From: a virus
IMG/VR virus record: IMGVR_UViG_3300005573_001166
Location: 64,001 to 128,000 of that record
Length of the DNA stretch: 64,000 nucleotides
Reading direction: 5' to 3' (one strand)
The position numbers and the translations under genes were made by a program. The first letter of the stretch is position 1; every line of letters starts with the position of its first letter. Below, piece by piece: positions 55,318 to 64,000 of the stretch. Under the pieces are notes generated by a model. It saw only the letters and a list, made by a program, of their open reading frames with translations, was not told where the DNA came from and searched no databases.

Positions 55318-56751
55318 ATGGCTTCGTTTTATCGTCCACCAGGTGTGTATCCGGAATTAGTTCCTTCTCCTCAAGCAGTACAACTAGGATTATTTGCTAG
55401 AGTACCTGTCTTTATAGGAAGGGGACAGAATTCTATTACTACAACAGAAAGAATAACTAAAGCAGCAGCAGGATATGGACCAGATGTCCTTTCATATGAA
55501 GTTGCTTCTGTTGATGGCGAGTATCAAATAACAAGTGTAGGAGATTACCCAAATCAAATAAGATATGTACAAGGAACTGATTTCGAGGTAGTAGATGTAG
55601 ATGGTTCCCCTAAAGGCATATCTTGGCTTGGTGCTAAGGCTCCAGATGACGGTGACTACTACTATATTACATACAAAAGGCCTGTAGATAGCTCTCAGTA
55701 TGAATATAAATTGTATACGGATGCAAATGAGCTTGTAGCAGTACATGGAGAAGAGACTACAGACAATGAAGTTTCTGTAGCAGGTGTGTTAGCTCTAAGG
55801 AATGGAGCTCCTGCAGTAGGTATCATACAGTTAAATACTACCAGTACAGATCCTGATGATTTATATGCTGCATATGAAGATACTATTCCTATACTAGAGC
55901 AGCTAGATACTTCTTATTGTAGATTTATAGTTCCCACTACCTGCATAGGAGATGGTACAACTCCCAGTGATCCTGATATCTTCAGTTTATTTTATGATCA
56001 TATTAGTGATATGAGTAATACTTATAATAGAAGATGGAGGGCACTTATTAGAGGTATAAGAGCTCAGACAGATGCTACTAATTCTACAGTAAGGCAGGAT
56101 CTCGTAACTTTAGGTACCAGCTATTCGGGAACGCAGCATGCTAGAAGAGTAATAGTAGTAGCTCCAGGTGAAATATATAGAGTACTTAGGGATCCTACTA
56201 CGGGTGTATATTCTAGCACTCTCTTAGGTGGTTGGGCTTTAGCTGCTGCTGCTGCGGGTAGAATATGCAGTGATTACAATCCTTCCACTCCATTGACACG
56301 GAAGCAGGTAGTAGGTATATCTACTGACAGGGTATTTTCTGAGAGCGATATGAATATACTAGCAGGTACAGGAAGTGTGACCGTGTTTTCTTATAAGGGA
56401 GCTAATCTTATATGCAGGCATGGCATAACTACCGATAAGACTAATGCAAACACTCAAGAAATATCCGTAGTAGAGGTGGAGGACTTTATAAAAATACAGA
56501 CAATATATGTATTGGAAGACTCTTTTATTGGTACTCCTATAATAGAAGGGTTAACTGATACAGTTAGAGTAGTTATAGCAAGTCTTTTAGAGCAGCTTAT
56601 TTTACAAGCTATTATAGCGGATTATGACTCGGGATCCATAACAGTAACGCAAGATGACAATGATCCAAGAATAATAAATGTGTTTTTCAGGGTTAAACCC
56701 GCTTATCCACTTAACTGGATAGATATAAGGTTCCAGTTCTATACAAAGTGA
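55318..56751 (+). CDS. Contractile tail sheath protein
   Basis: YRPPGVY N-terminus, PLTRK, RHG.TT....N..EISV....DF, DPR.I.V.F...P.YPLNWI.I.F. Confidence 0.92.
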   Translation: MASFYRPPGVYPELVPSPQAVQLGLFARVPVFIGRGQNSITTTERITKAAAGYGPDVLSYEVASVDGEYQITSVGDYPNQIRYVQGTDFEVVDVDGSPKGISWLGAKAPDDGDYYYITYKRPVDSSQYEYKLYTDANELVAVHGEETTDNEVSVAGVLALRNGAPAVGIIQLNTTSTDPDDLYAAYEDTIPILEQLDTSYCRFIVPTTCIGDGTTPSDPDIFSLFYDHISDMSNTYNRRWRALIRGIRAQTDATNSTVRQDLVTLGTSYSGTQHARRVIVVAPGEIYRVLRDPTTGVYSSTLLGGWALAAAAAGRICSDYNPSTPLTRKQVVGISTDRVFSESDMNILAGTGSVTVFSYKGANLICRHGITTDKTNANTQEISVVEVEDFIKIQTIYVLEDSFIGTPIIEGLTDTVRVVIASLLEQLILQAIIADYDSGSITVTQDDNDPRIINVFFRVKPAYPLNWIDIRFQFYTK

Positions 56752-56810
56752 GTTGTATGCTCCTTGTATAGTTTAGAGTTATTTGTGTATTTTTTTTATA
56801 AAGGTGAGCC

Positions 56811-56848
56811 GTACTTTAGGTTGTCCTGACCTAAAGTACTTATATTTT
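56811..56848 (+). promoter_or_regulatory. Hairpin in the tail-tube leader (terminator-like or processing/stability element)
   Basis: Perfect 11-bp stem gtactttaggt-tgtcctg-acctaaagtac, followed by ttatattttt and the AAGGAGG RBS. Confidence 0.55.
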
Positions 56849-56865
56849 TAAGGAGGTTATATAAA

Positions 56866-57480
56866 ATGCCTTTTCCAAGTACTTTTACAGGTTGGAGACC
56901 GATGCCTCCTCCTCCAACAGCTTCTAGAGTATATTATGCCTACAGTATTTTAGCTAGAGGGGTTACAGGTAACTATAAAACTGTAGGTACTTTCCAGCAG
57001 TTCAGTCCTTCAAGTACTAGGCAAGTTGTTAGGGTTAGGGGTATAGCTACTTATGGAGGTTATCCTTTTGAACTTGCTCCAGGTCCTGCAGATACTAGTA
57101 TTACAGTTAATTATTTAATGTTGTATCTGTTGCCTTTAAACGAGGCATTGGGTTACCAAGTAGGGTCTGTAACGGATCTTAACAGACAGCGCGTTCCTTT
57201 TGCAATTATGGAAAGGTGTAGGCTTCCTGTAGAAAGTGAGATGACGACCCCTATTTCTGGAGGCTTGCCTTCAAAAATGACTGGAAATCAAACATGGGAG
57301 GTAAATCTGTACCTAGATTGTTACTTGTCTAATGTAGGTAGAACTATTACTCAGGGAACCGTTACTGTTGCAGAAACAGCTACTATTCAAGTAGGTTATG
57401 CAGTTGATTCTAAGCATTTTCAGTATGGTCTTACAGGAGAACAGTTTGAAGAGCTAGCCCCCCCTCAAACGGTCAGTTAG
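56866..57480 (+). CDS. Tail tube protein
   Basis: Follows the sheath; VG..Q.FSP.S.R......GI, ELAPG, L..QR.PF.I, Y.DCY....GR.......V.E.A.I. Confidence 0.8.
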   Translation: MPFPSTFTGWRPMPPPPTASRVYYAYSILARGVTGNYKTVGTFQQFSPSSTRQVVRVRGIATYGGYPFELAPGPADTSITVNYLMLYLLPLNEALGYQVGSVTDLNRQRVPFAIMERCRLPVESEMTTPISGGLPSKMTGNQTWEVNLYLDCYLSNVGRTITQGTVTVAETATIQVGYAVDSKHFQYGLTGEQFEELAPPQTVS

Positions 57481-57495
57481 TAACCTGGAGGTTTT

Positions 57496-57993
57496 ATGTT
57501 AAGTGAGTTATTTTACTCAGAAGAAGAGCAAAATTCTGTAGGTGCTAGGCTCATAGATCTGTACGTACTTCCTTCTAGGGTGTTCAAGATAACAGTTCCT
57601 TCTGCAGTGGGAGGTACTACAGAGATATCTGTTAAGATGCGGCTTTTATGTGATAAAGAGAATCAAGAAGTAGCAAGTATTACAGATAACTTTGGTCCTC
57701 TATCTAGGATACTTGCTCACAGGAAGCATATCTTAGCAAGAGCAGTAGAGTCTATAGAGGGAGTTCCTATAGAGATGCCTTCTAAATTAAAGCAGAGGTA
57801 CAGGGAAACTATGGGTAGAGATCCTACTCCTGTAGAGGAAAAGTTGTGGGTATTTGATGCCTGCCAAAGTCCCATATTGGAGCAGTTAATTGAGTGTTAT
57901 GATGAGTTAAGGAAAGAGCAGCAGAGGTATATAGAGGATCTTAAAAAAAAATCACAAGAGCCCTCGGTAGATCAGTTTCAAGAGATGAAGTAA
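57496..57993 (+). CDS. Tail assembly chaperone (G-like)
   Basis: Between tube and tape measure; LARA..SI.G motif; A9 slippery run near the 3' end. Confidence 0.75.
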   Translation: MLSELFYSEEEQNSVGARLIDLYVLPSRVFKITVPSAVGGTTEISVKMRLLCDKENQEVASITDNFGPLSRILAHRKHILARAVESIEGVPIEMPSKLKQRYRETMGRDPTPVEEKLWVFDACQSPILEQLIECYDELRKEQQRYIEDLKKKSQEPSVDQFQEMK

Positions 57994-58382
57994 TTTTTAC
58001 TGTTTTAGGTAGGTTTCCTTTTTTGTTAAATGATGTAGGTAGGATGCATGAAAGTCTTTGGTGGTTTTTGTATATTACACTTCTAAACGAGGAATCACGT
58101 CGCAAGAAAGAAATACTTGATATTATTAATTCTTTACTTCCTTGGTTTAATTTCGATCTATGGAAAGCTGCCAAGGATGCAGAAGCAAGTAATCAGAATG
58201 CAGCTTTTTCGCAGCAGTTTAAAGCTGCTATGCAGGGTAAATATGACATGCCTCTAGATGAATTATTTGTAGGAGAGTCTGATATACCCGATGATTATTT
58301 TAAACAACTTTTTGAACAGCCTGGAAGTTCAGGACAACCTACTAGTACTATAAAAGATTATCTAGGTAAAAATAAGGAGTAG
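57943..58382 (+). CDS. Tail assembly chaperone T-like segment, reached by -1 frameshift (GT fusion)
   Basis: The -1 frame is closed by TAA at 57942, opens at the A9 run (57943-57951) and runs without a stop into 58023..58382, which has no RBS of its own. Confidence 0.8.
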
Positions 58383-58384
58383 TT

Positions 58385-60721
58385 ATGGGTGGAGGTCGCT
58401 CCCCTTTCGATGTGCCAGGAGCAGATGAGGTATTATCTCGGTTGCGTATTACATTTGATGTTGATACCCGTGATCTGCAACAGGGATTAGCACAAGCAAA
58501 AGGTATAATAGATCAGTTTGCTGGCGGTAGAACTGCCCAAGCCTCTGCTGGTCTTATTGCTCTTAAGACCTTAGTGAATGATACTACTACAATGATGTCA
58601 ATGTTGGGTATTCCTGTAAGTGTTACTGCAGCTTTTGGGGAGTTCTTAAAACAGCAGCAAAGCTTCTTAGATCTACAAAGAGCTATGTATGATGTAGCTA
58701 GAGAGGCTACTAGAGGAGGAATTGCGATTGAGTGGTCTCAGGGACAAGGAGAGGCTATCAGAGGCGTTCTAACTCAAACTGCTACTTGGGCTAGAGATGA
58801 GTTAAGAAGAACTGACCAAGAGATAGCTCAAACGTTTCAGGCAATAGCTAAAGCAGGTATGTTTACAGTCCAGGAGCAGGGTAGAAGTGCTTTAGCAAGT
58901 TTAGAAGAAGTTAGAAGGGCAGCTACAACAGCGTTTACTATGGAAGGTGTTTTAGGTTTCAGTCCTCAACAAGTACAAACAGTTTTACAAGCTATGCATG
59001 TTAACTTAAGACAAAGCGTAGACGAGATTTATGAGGCTATAGCTAGGTATGGACAAAGAGCCCGACAAATTAGTACTGAGGTTAATTTGCCTTTGCAGGA
59101 ACAAGCTATTATAGTGTCCAATATTATGCAACAATATAGTAAGTTTGGAGTAACCCTAGATGAAGTTTCTGAAACGATGAGGTCCTTAACTGCAGATACT
59201 AAAGAGCAGGCAGGAGCTTTACAAAACCTAGGACTCACATATGATATTATGCAGACAAGGATGAGGGCAAGAGTAGAGACTACTCCAGAGCAAGTAGTTG
59301 CTATGATGCATCAACTTAGCTCTGAAGAAATACGGCGTGTCTTTACTTCTGGTTTGCAAGCACAAGAGATTACAAACAGGCAGAAGGAGATATCTAGACG
59401 TTTACAGGAGACTGGAGTAGGAAGGATATTAGGGTTTACAGAAGAAGAGATGGGAAGTGGAAGAGCAGGTGCATTATTAATGGAAGGGCGGAGAGGTACA
59501 GGGGAGCGAATAAGAGATATAGAATGGCCTATGTTGCAAAGGACCTTCTCTGATCTTATGAACTTGGGGGTAGCAGTAAGTCTTGCAATGCAGAAATTGG
59601 TAGGTACAGGAGGAATGCCTGAAGAGGTTATGGCTCCCTGGCTTATACCTATAGCAAGGAATGTATTTGGACCTGCTGCTGCAGAAGCTTATTCGCATTT
59701 ACTGGACGTCGCTTCTAGAGATGTTGCCCGTCCTATTACAGCTACATTAGAGAGTACAAGTGCAGAACGCAGGGGAGATGCAGCAAAGCAACTAACTGCT
59801 CTAGAGGAAGGTTCAAGAGTGCAGAAAGATCATTTTGTTAGCACTCAAGAATATTACCGAAATTCTCTAGAATATTTAAAACAAATAGTTGAGAACACTA
59901 TGGGATGGCAGCAACGGATAGGATGGGGAATACGGACTGCATATCGAGAGTTTGCAAGTGAGGATGTTAGAGCAGCAGCTGCTCAACGGCAAGCCGAAGC
60001 TGTAGGTCAGGAAATTGCCTCTGCTGCTGCAAAGATTCCAGAGGGACAGGAAAGAGCGGGTCTTTGGGAAAGGGCTGCGGACCTTCTTGGAAGGGTGTTT
60101 CGCATGCAGGTGTTAGGTAGGACGGCGACTGGTGTGCCGACACCTGATTCTGAGAGGTTATGGAATGAAGCGCTTGCTGAAGATGTATTAAGTACTTTAG
60201 GTTACTATACTGAAAGCCGGACTGAAGTTGCAAAACGCTTGAGAGAGGCATATCGAGCGTTACAGAATCAGATAGGGGATATAGATAAAGGGGATATAGA
60301 TATTCTGAGGGGTAGGATTATGTACAGAAACGAACCTATTCCTGTTCCCGCTCTTTTAGGTTTAGTTCAGCAATTTTCTAAGTTACAGGGGTACAGCGGG
60401 CAGTTTCCTAATCTGGAGCAACTACTACAGTTTGCTCAGCAGCAAGGAATTACTATTCCTGAAGTAAAGCCTCCTCCTTCGCCAACTATTTCTCCACCTG
60501 CTGGAGCTCCACCTCAAACGACTCCATCTCCACCGACTCCTACCACCGGTCCTTCAAGGGAAGGACAACCAACAAGTATGCTTCCCAAGGAGTTAAATTT
60601 GAAGATAGATCATTTAACTATCAGAACAAACGATTCTATTTCTACTGTTAGGGCAGATGATGTAGAAGATGTAATGGGCGTATGGTTTTTTGAAAATAGT
60701 CAGTACAAAAGTTATGATTAA
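58385..60721 (+). CDS. Tape measure protein
   Basis: 778-aa Ala/Gln-rich helical protein after the chaperones; Pro/Thr-rich C-terminal linker. Confidence 0.78.
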   Translation: MGGGRSPFDVPGADEVLSRLRITFDVDTRDLQQGLAQAKGIIDQFAGGRTAQASAGLIALKTLVNDTTTMMSMLGIPVSVTAAFGEFLKQQQSFLDLQRAMYDVAREATRGGIAIEWSQGQGEAIRGVLTQTATWARDELRRTDQEIAQTFQAIAKAGMFTVQEQGRSALASLEEVRRAATTAFTMEGVLGFSPQQVQTVLQAMHVNLRQSVDEIYEAIARYGQRARQISTEVNLPLQEQAIIVSNIMQQYSKFGVTLDEVSETMRSLTADTKEQAGALQNLGLTYDIMQTRMRARVETTPEQVVAMMHQLSSEEIRRVFTSGLQAQEITNRQKEISRRLQETGVGRILGFTEEEMGSGRAGALLMEGRRGTGERIRDIEWPMLQRTFSDLMNLGVAVSLAMQKLVGTGGMPEEVMAPWLIPIARNVFGPAAAEAYSHLLDVASRDVARPITATLESTSAERRGDAAKQLTALEEGSRVQKDHFVSTQEYYRNSLEYLKQIVENTMGWQQRIGWGIRTAYREFASEDVRAAAAQRQAEAVGQEIASAAAKIPEGQERAGLWERAADLLGRVFRMQVLGRTATGVPTPDSERLWNEALAEDVLSTLGYYTESRTEVAKRLREAYRALQNQIGDIDKGDIDILRGRIMYRNEPIPVPALLGLVQQFSKLQGYSGQFPNLEQLLQFAQQQGITIPEVKPPPSPTISPPAGAPPQTTPSPPTPTTGPSREGQPTSMLPKELNLKIDHLTIRTNDSISTVRADDVEDVMGVWFFENSQYKSYD

Positions 60722-60735
60722 GGTAGGGGTGTTTA

Positions 60736-61335
60736 ATGGGGACGATTAGGCAGACGATAGAACGCATTAAAATAGAGCGTATTTCTGATTCAAACGATTT
60801 TGTGGAAATGTACGTAAATCCTCAGAGGATATCAATTAGACAGAGTAAAGTAATGCAGCAAGTGCAGACGAATACAGGTTGGATTTTTCAGCACTGGGGA
60901 TACGAGCCTATTGTTATAAGCTATTCAGGTGTAACAGGTTATATAGATCATCATAGTAAGGATCCTTATACCACTAATGCCTACCAGGCATTACTTAAGT
61001 TGAAGCATTTTTATGAAGCTCCCCAGAAGCAGCTACAAGGTATGGCAGCAGACCTTAATAAGATATCTGCAGAAGTAAATACTGAGCTTAGTAAGCTTGC
61101 TTTAAGGCTTCATTACAGAGCCGACACTTATGATGGGTATTTGACTAGATTTGAGTTTACAGAAGAAGAAAGCTCTCCTTGGTTATGGTCATACAGTATG
61201 GAGTTCAAGGCTTATTCATCTACCTATTCAACTTCAGCTTTGTCAGAAAGCAGTTCTTTAAGTGCATTTGAAAGTGAAGCTAAAAGCAGAGGGTTGTCAC
61301 AGGATTCTGATCTTACAGGAGCAGTAAATCTATAG
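60736..61335 (+). CDS. Baseplate/tail-tube initiator protein
   Basis: MYVNPQ.I......K.....QT..GW..QHWG....I.YSG.TG; Y.GY...F.F.E....PW...Y..EF. Confidence 0.7.
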   Translation: MGTIRQTIERIKIERISDSNDFVEMYVNPQRISIRQSKVMQQVQTNTGWIFQHWGYEPIVISYSGVTGYIDHHSKDPYTTNAYQALLKLKHFYEAPQKQLQGMAADLNKISAEVNTELSKLALRLHYRADTYDGYLTRFEFTEEESSPWLWSYSMEFKAYSSTYSTSALSESSSLSAFESEAKSRGLSQDSDLTGAVNL

Positions 61336-61349
61336 TAAGGGGTTAAACT

Positions 61350-63701
61350 ATGTCTAAGCCGGTAGAAGAGCAGTTAAAAGAAAGCATAGAGAAGCAGACT
61401 GAGCTAGATTTAAAGAAGTATCTTGAAGATAAACTAGCTCAGTATGTTAGAGCAGAAGAACTGCGTATGTGGATTACAAATAGAAAGAGGACAGGTTATA
61501 CTGCTAAAGTACCCCTACCCAGCGAATATTCTGTTTCTTTACCTAAAGAGCAGTGGGTTATTGCCTGGATAGATGTGTATACAGGTAGGAGTTTAGATAA
61601 GAGTTTTCGCGAGCTTTTAGGAGCAGATGTAGATCTTTCTAAGTTACCTACTGCGGGTTCCTCTTTTAAAGGGGGTATTGCACAGTCTTATGGTGCAGTC
61701 GCTGAGGACTCTAATGTTTTTAAAACAGAAGATTTTATAAGATTGAGTAACATACAAAGCATTCGCACTAGGATGTCTACTGACAGTACTGCCCCCGGCT
61801 CATGCACTATAACTTTGCAGAATCCGTTAGTTTTGAAAACTGCGGGCGGAACACAGTATTGGGAAAGGTTTTACTATAAGACAGGTAGGTATATAGACGG
61901 TACAAGGGTTTGGTATCTGTCTAAAAAGCCTTCTAAGTGGTATTGCGGTAAATTGAAGAAGGTTAACTCACCTGAAGAAGCTACTATAGTTTTAGACGAG
62001 ATACCTTTTAAAGTAATGTGGGAGGGAGGTACTCCTGAAGAGCAAATTCTTCCATCAGATACAGAGAGGTTTTTTGCCGAAGAAATGGGGGAGCCTATTT
62101 TAGAGCCTATGCAGAAATTTAAAGTATATGCTGTGAATAGGTTTCCTTACGATCTTTTAAGTAAATATGACTACAAGAGTGTTTTTGAAAAGTCTATGTC
62201 TTCCACTGCCGCTATGTTACTTTTTGGAGCTTCTCCTACTAGAAGCCAAACACCTGAAACTTCTGAAAGTGAAGGTTCTGGTTTATATGCTAGTCCTATA
62301 TTTACTGGTTATATATGTGATGTATCCCATAGACAAGAAGGAGCTAATTGGTATATAAATATTGTAGGCAAGGATGTTACCTGTTGGTTGGACTATAGTA
62401 GACTTAATGTTAATCCTAGTTTAAACGTCTGGGGGCAAGACGTAGCTGCAGAGGCTTTTCGCAGTGAAATGCCTATTTATACTATAAAATATGCAGGTAT
62501 GTCTGCAAGAGATATAATAACATCCCTGTTTTTAGGAGGCTCTGCTGCTGATGTAAGTACTTCCGCTAAATTATATACATCCTCAGCGGGAACGGAGGAA
62601 GTTACTGGCATAGCAGGTATTTCTGTACCGGTTTCCGGTCGAGTTACTTTGCACAATACGACTCCTGTAAATAACAGGTATAGAGTTACGACTTCTGATG
62701 GTTACACGGGTTGGATAGATAAATCTGCCATATCTAGGACGTATTCCGTTTATACGGGTGTAGGTAACTTTGTTTTGGATAGTAGTGTTGTATTACCTGT
62801 ATATGAGGTAGGTGCTCCTATTGAACAGCTTTATAAGAAAATGCTTCCTGATAAACTTGCAGTAGATCCTATCTTTGAGAGGGAGAAAGACGATGCCGTT
62901 TATCAGTCTTACAGGTATTACTTTCGTCAAAATTGGCCTACGTATCAATCAGATTATATTACTAGGAGAGATGTAGTAAATACTGTATGTAAAACGACTA
63001 ATACGGAATGTTATGCCGATGGCGATGGTAAGGTATGGTTTCATCCTATTTGGGCATACCACTCAGTTACATCTCCAGTTTATGTGCTGCATAAAGAAGA
63101 TGTAATATCTTGGTCTTTTACTTTTTCTGACAGGGAGGTCGTTACTTGGGTTCAAGCAACAGGTGAGTTTGATTTTAACGCGTTACCTACAGGTATGTTG
63201 TTTTCTCAGGTTTTCGAGACTCCTGAAATGGTAGGTAGGTTTGGTATAAGAGGTGCTGTATTTAGGAATCCTAACTTGAGAAATATAGCAGCATGTAGGG
63301 CTTTTGCCGAAGCCATGATGAGAAGGTTAAATACTAATATAGTTACGGGTACTGTTACTATGGTGTTGAGGCCAGAACTTCATTTGGCAAGAAATGTATA
63401 TATTCCTTGGTTGAATGCAATAGGTTACATTGCTGCTATAGAGCATCAGATACAATACGGAAGCAGAGCTACTACTACTTTAGATTTGAGGTATGTGAGA
63501 AGGCCCTGGGAACCTTGGACGGTAATAAATTATGAAGGAGACTCGGATGTTGATTATGTAGGACCTACCTCCAAAGAAACTACTTTTCCTAATTACGGTA
63601 CAACTCTACAAGGAGCCAATCTATCTATGCAAAAGCCTGTCACATCTACTGAGAGAAGTGACGTATCTGCCACTTCTCCTACAAAAAAGGAAACAAAGTA
63701 A
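61350..63701 (+). CDS. Baseplate hub protein (gp27-like) with an SH3-like insertion
   Basis: GSCTITL.NP, PIFTGYI..VS, G.D...WL, ECYAD.DG...F.P, RFG.R, GTVT...RPEL, YI..I.H......ATT.L.L. Confidence 0.72.
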   Translation: MSKPVEEQLKESIEKQTELDLKKYLEDKLAQYVRAEELRMWITNRKRTGYTAKVPLPSEYSVSLPKEQWVIAWIDVYTGRSLDKSFRELLGADVDLSKLPTAGSSFKGGIAQSYGAVAEDSNVFKTEDFIRLSNIQSIRTRMSTDSTAPGSCTITLQNPLVLKTAGGTQYWERFYYKTGRYIDGTRVWYLSKKPSKWYCGKLKKVNSPEEATIVLDEIPFKVMWEGGTPEEQILPSDTERFFAEEMGEPILEPMQKFKVYAVNRFPYDLLSKYDYKSVFEKSMSSTAAMLLFGASPTRSQTPETSESEGSGLYASPIFTGYICDVSHRQEGANWYINIVGKDVTCWLDYSRLNVNPSLNVWGQDVAAEAFRSEMPIYTIKYAGMSARDIITSLFLGGSAADVSTSAKLYTSSAGTEEVTGIAGISVPVSGRVTLHNTTPVNNRYRVTTSDGYTGWIDKSAISRTYSVYTGVGNFVLDSSVVLPVYEVGAPIEQLYKKMLPDKLAVDPIFEREKDDAVYQSYRYYFRQNWPTYQSDYITRRDVVNTVCKTTNTECYADGDGKVWFHPIWAYHSVTSPVYVLHKEDVISWSFTFSDREVVTWVQATGEFDFNALPTGMLFSQVFETPEMVGRFGIRGAVFRNPNLRNIAACRAFAEAMMRRLNTNIVTGTVTMVLRPELHLARNVYIPWLNAIGYIAAIEHQIQYGSRATTTLDLRYVRRPWEPWTVINYEGDSDVDYVGPTSKETTFPNYGTTLQGANLSMQKPVTSTERSDVSATSPTKKETK

Positions 63702-64000
63702 TGTTTTCTAAAACTTTTATGGATGATCTTCCGGCCAAACCTTCTCCTTACTTGAGGTGGGGTATAATAGAGGATGTTAGTTTAGTAGATATCTCTTATA
63801 AAGGGTATTCTCCTTTTGGGTATAGGAGTAAAGATATTGTTTTTACTTATGCCAGAACTGCAAGTATAAGGTGGTTAGATGGTCCGGGGGGTAGAGATTC
63901 TGTAAAGTTCATAGAGCCTATAGGTGTAACTTCTGTTCCTATGAAAGGATCGGTAGTAGCTGTCCTTTTTACAGGCCCTACTGGAGATCCTGTAATTATA
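63701..64000 (+). CDS. Baseplate spike (gpV/gp5 OB-fold) protein, 3'-partial
   Basis: TAATG overlap with the hub; open to the window end; G.I..V... and VPMKGSVVAVLF....PVII pattern. Confidence 0.6.
   Translation, partial: MFSKTFMDDLPAKPSPYLRWGIIEDVSLVDISYKGYSPFGYRSKDIVFTYARTASIRWLDGPGGRDSVKFIEPIGVTSVPMKGSVVAVLFTGPTGDPVII

Noticed and set aside
1328-62358. Minus-strand and nested ORFs in the six-frame track
   Set aside because: All overlap well-supported + strand genes and show no recognisable motifs; treated as shadow ORFs.
1-64000. tRNA/rRNA genes, integrase, terminase, portal
   Set aside because: None recognisable by eye; terminase and portal presumably lie outside the window. A tRNAscan/Infernal run would be needed to exclude RNA genes formally.

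Overview
This window is the virion-morphogenesis region of a large, low-GC, contractile-tailed (myovirus-type) dsDNA phage, probably with a bacterial host (perfect TTGACA-N17-TATAAT promoter at 4304-4332, strong AGGAGG RBSs). All credible genes are on the + strand. The order is: internal-head/polyvalent proteins (one carrying a LigD 3'-phosphoesterase domain), prohead protease-scaffold, HNH, head decoration protein and major capsid protein. An approximately 31 kb glycan-biosynthesis island follows, then neck genes, a 1.1 kb non-coding origin-like region, tail sheath, tube, frameshifted tail chaperones, tape measure and baseplate. The main candidate system is a self-contained virion-glycosylation machine between the capsid and neck genes. 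It comprises a complete GDP-heptose pathway (GmhA/HddA/GmhB/HddC), dehydratase, epimerase and reductases, three different ThDP-dependent C-C-bond enzymes, methyltransferases, 10 intact glycosyltransferase genes (12 GT domains) plus a decayed one, small paralogous adaptor-like proteins and a Ser-rich virion protein as a likely acceptor. Other highlights: (i) K/V-x-A motifs marking module boundaries in head proteins (a putative protease-cleaved cargo polyprotein system); (ii) a dispersed, precisely spaced dyad element at apparent local GC-skew switches; (iii) an unannotated 48-aa membrane peptide; (iv) structured leaders before the capsid genes; (v) an output-less PAS-PAS-GAF sensor. All functional calls come from motifs recognised by eye; no database search was run.
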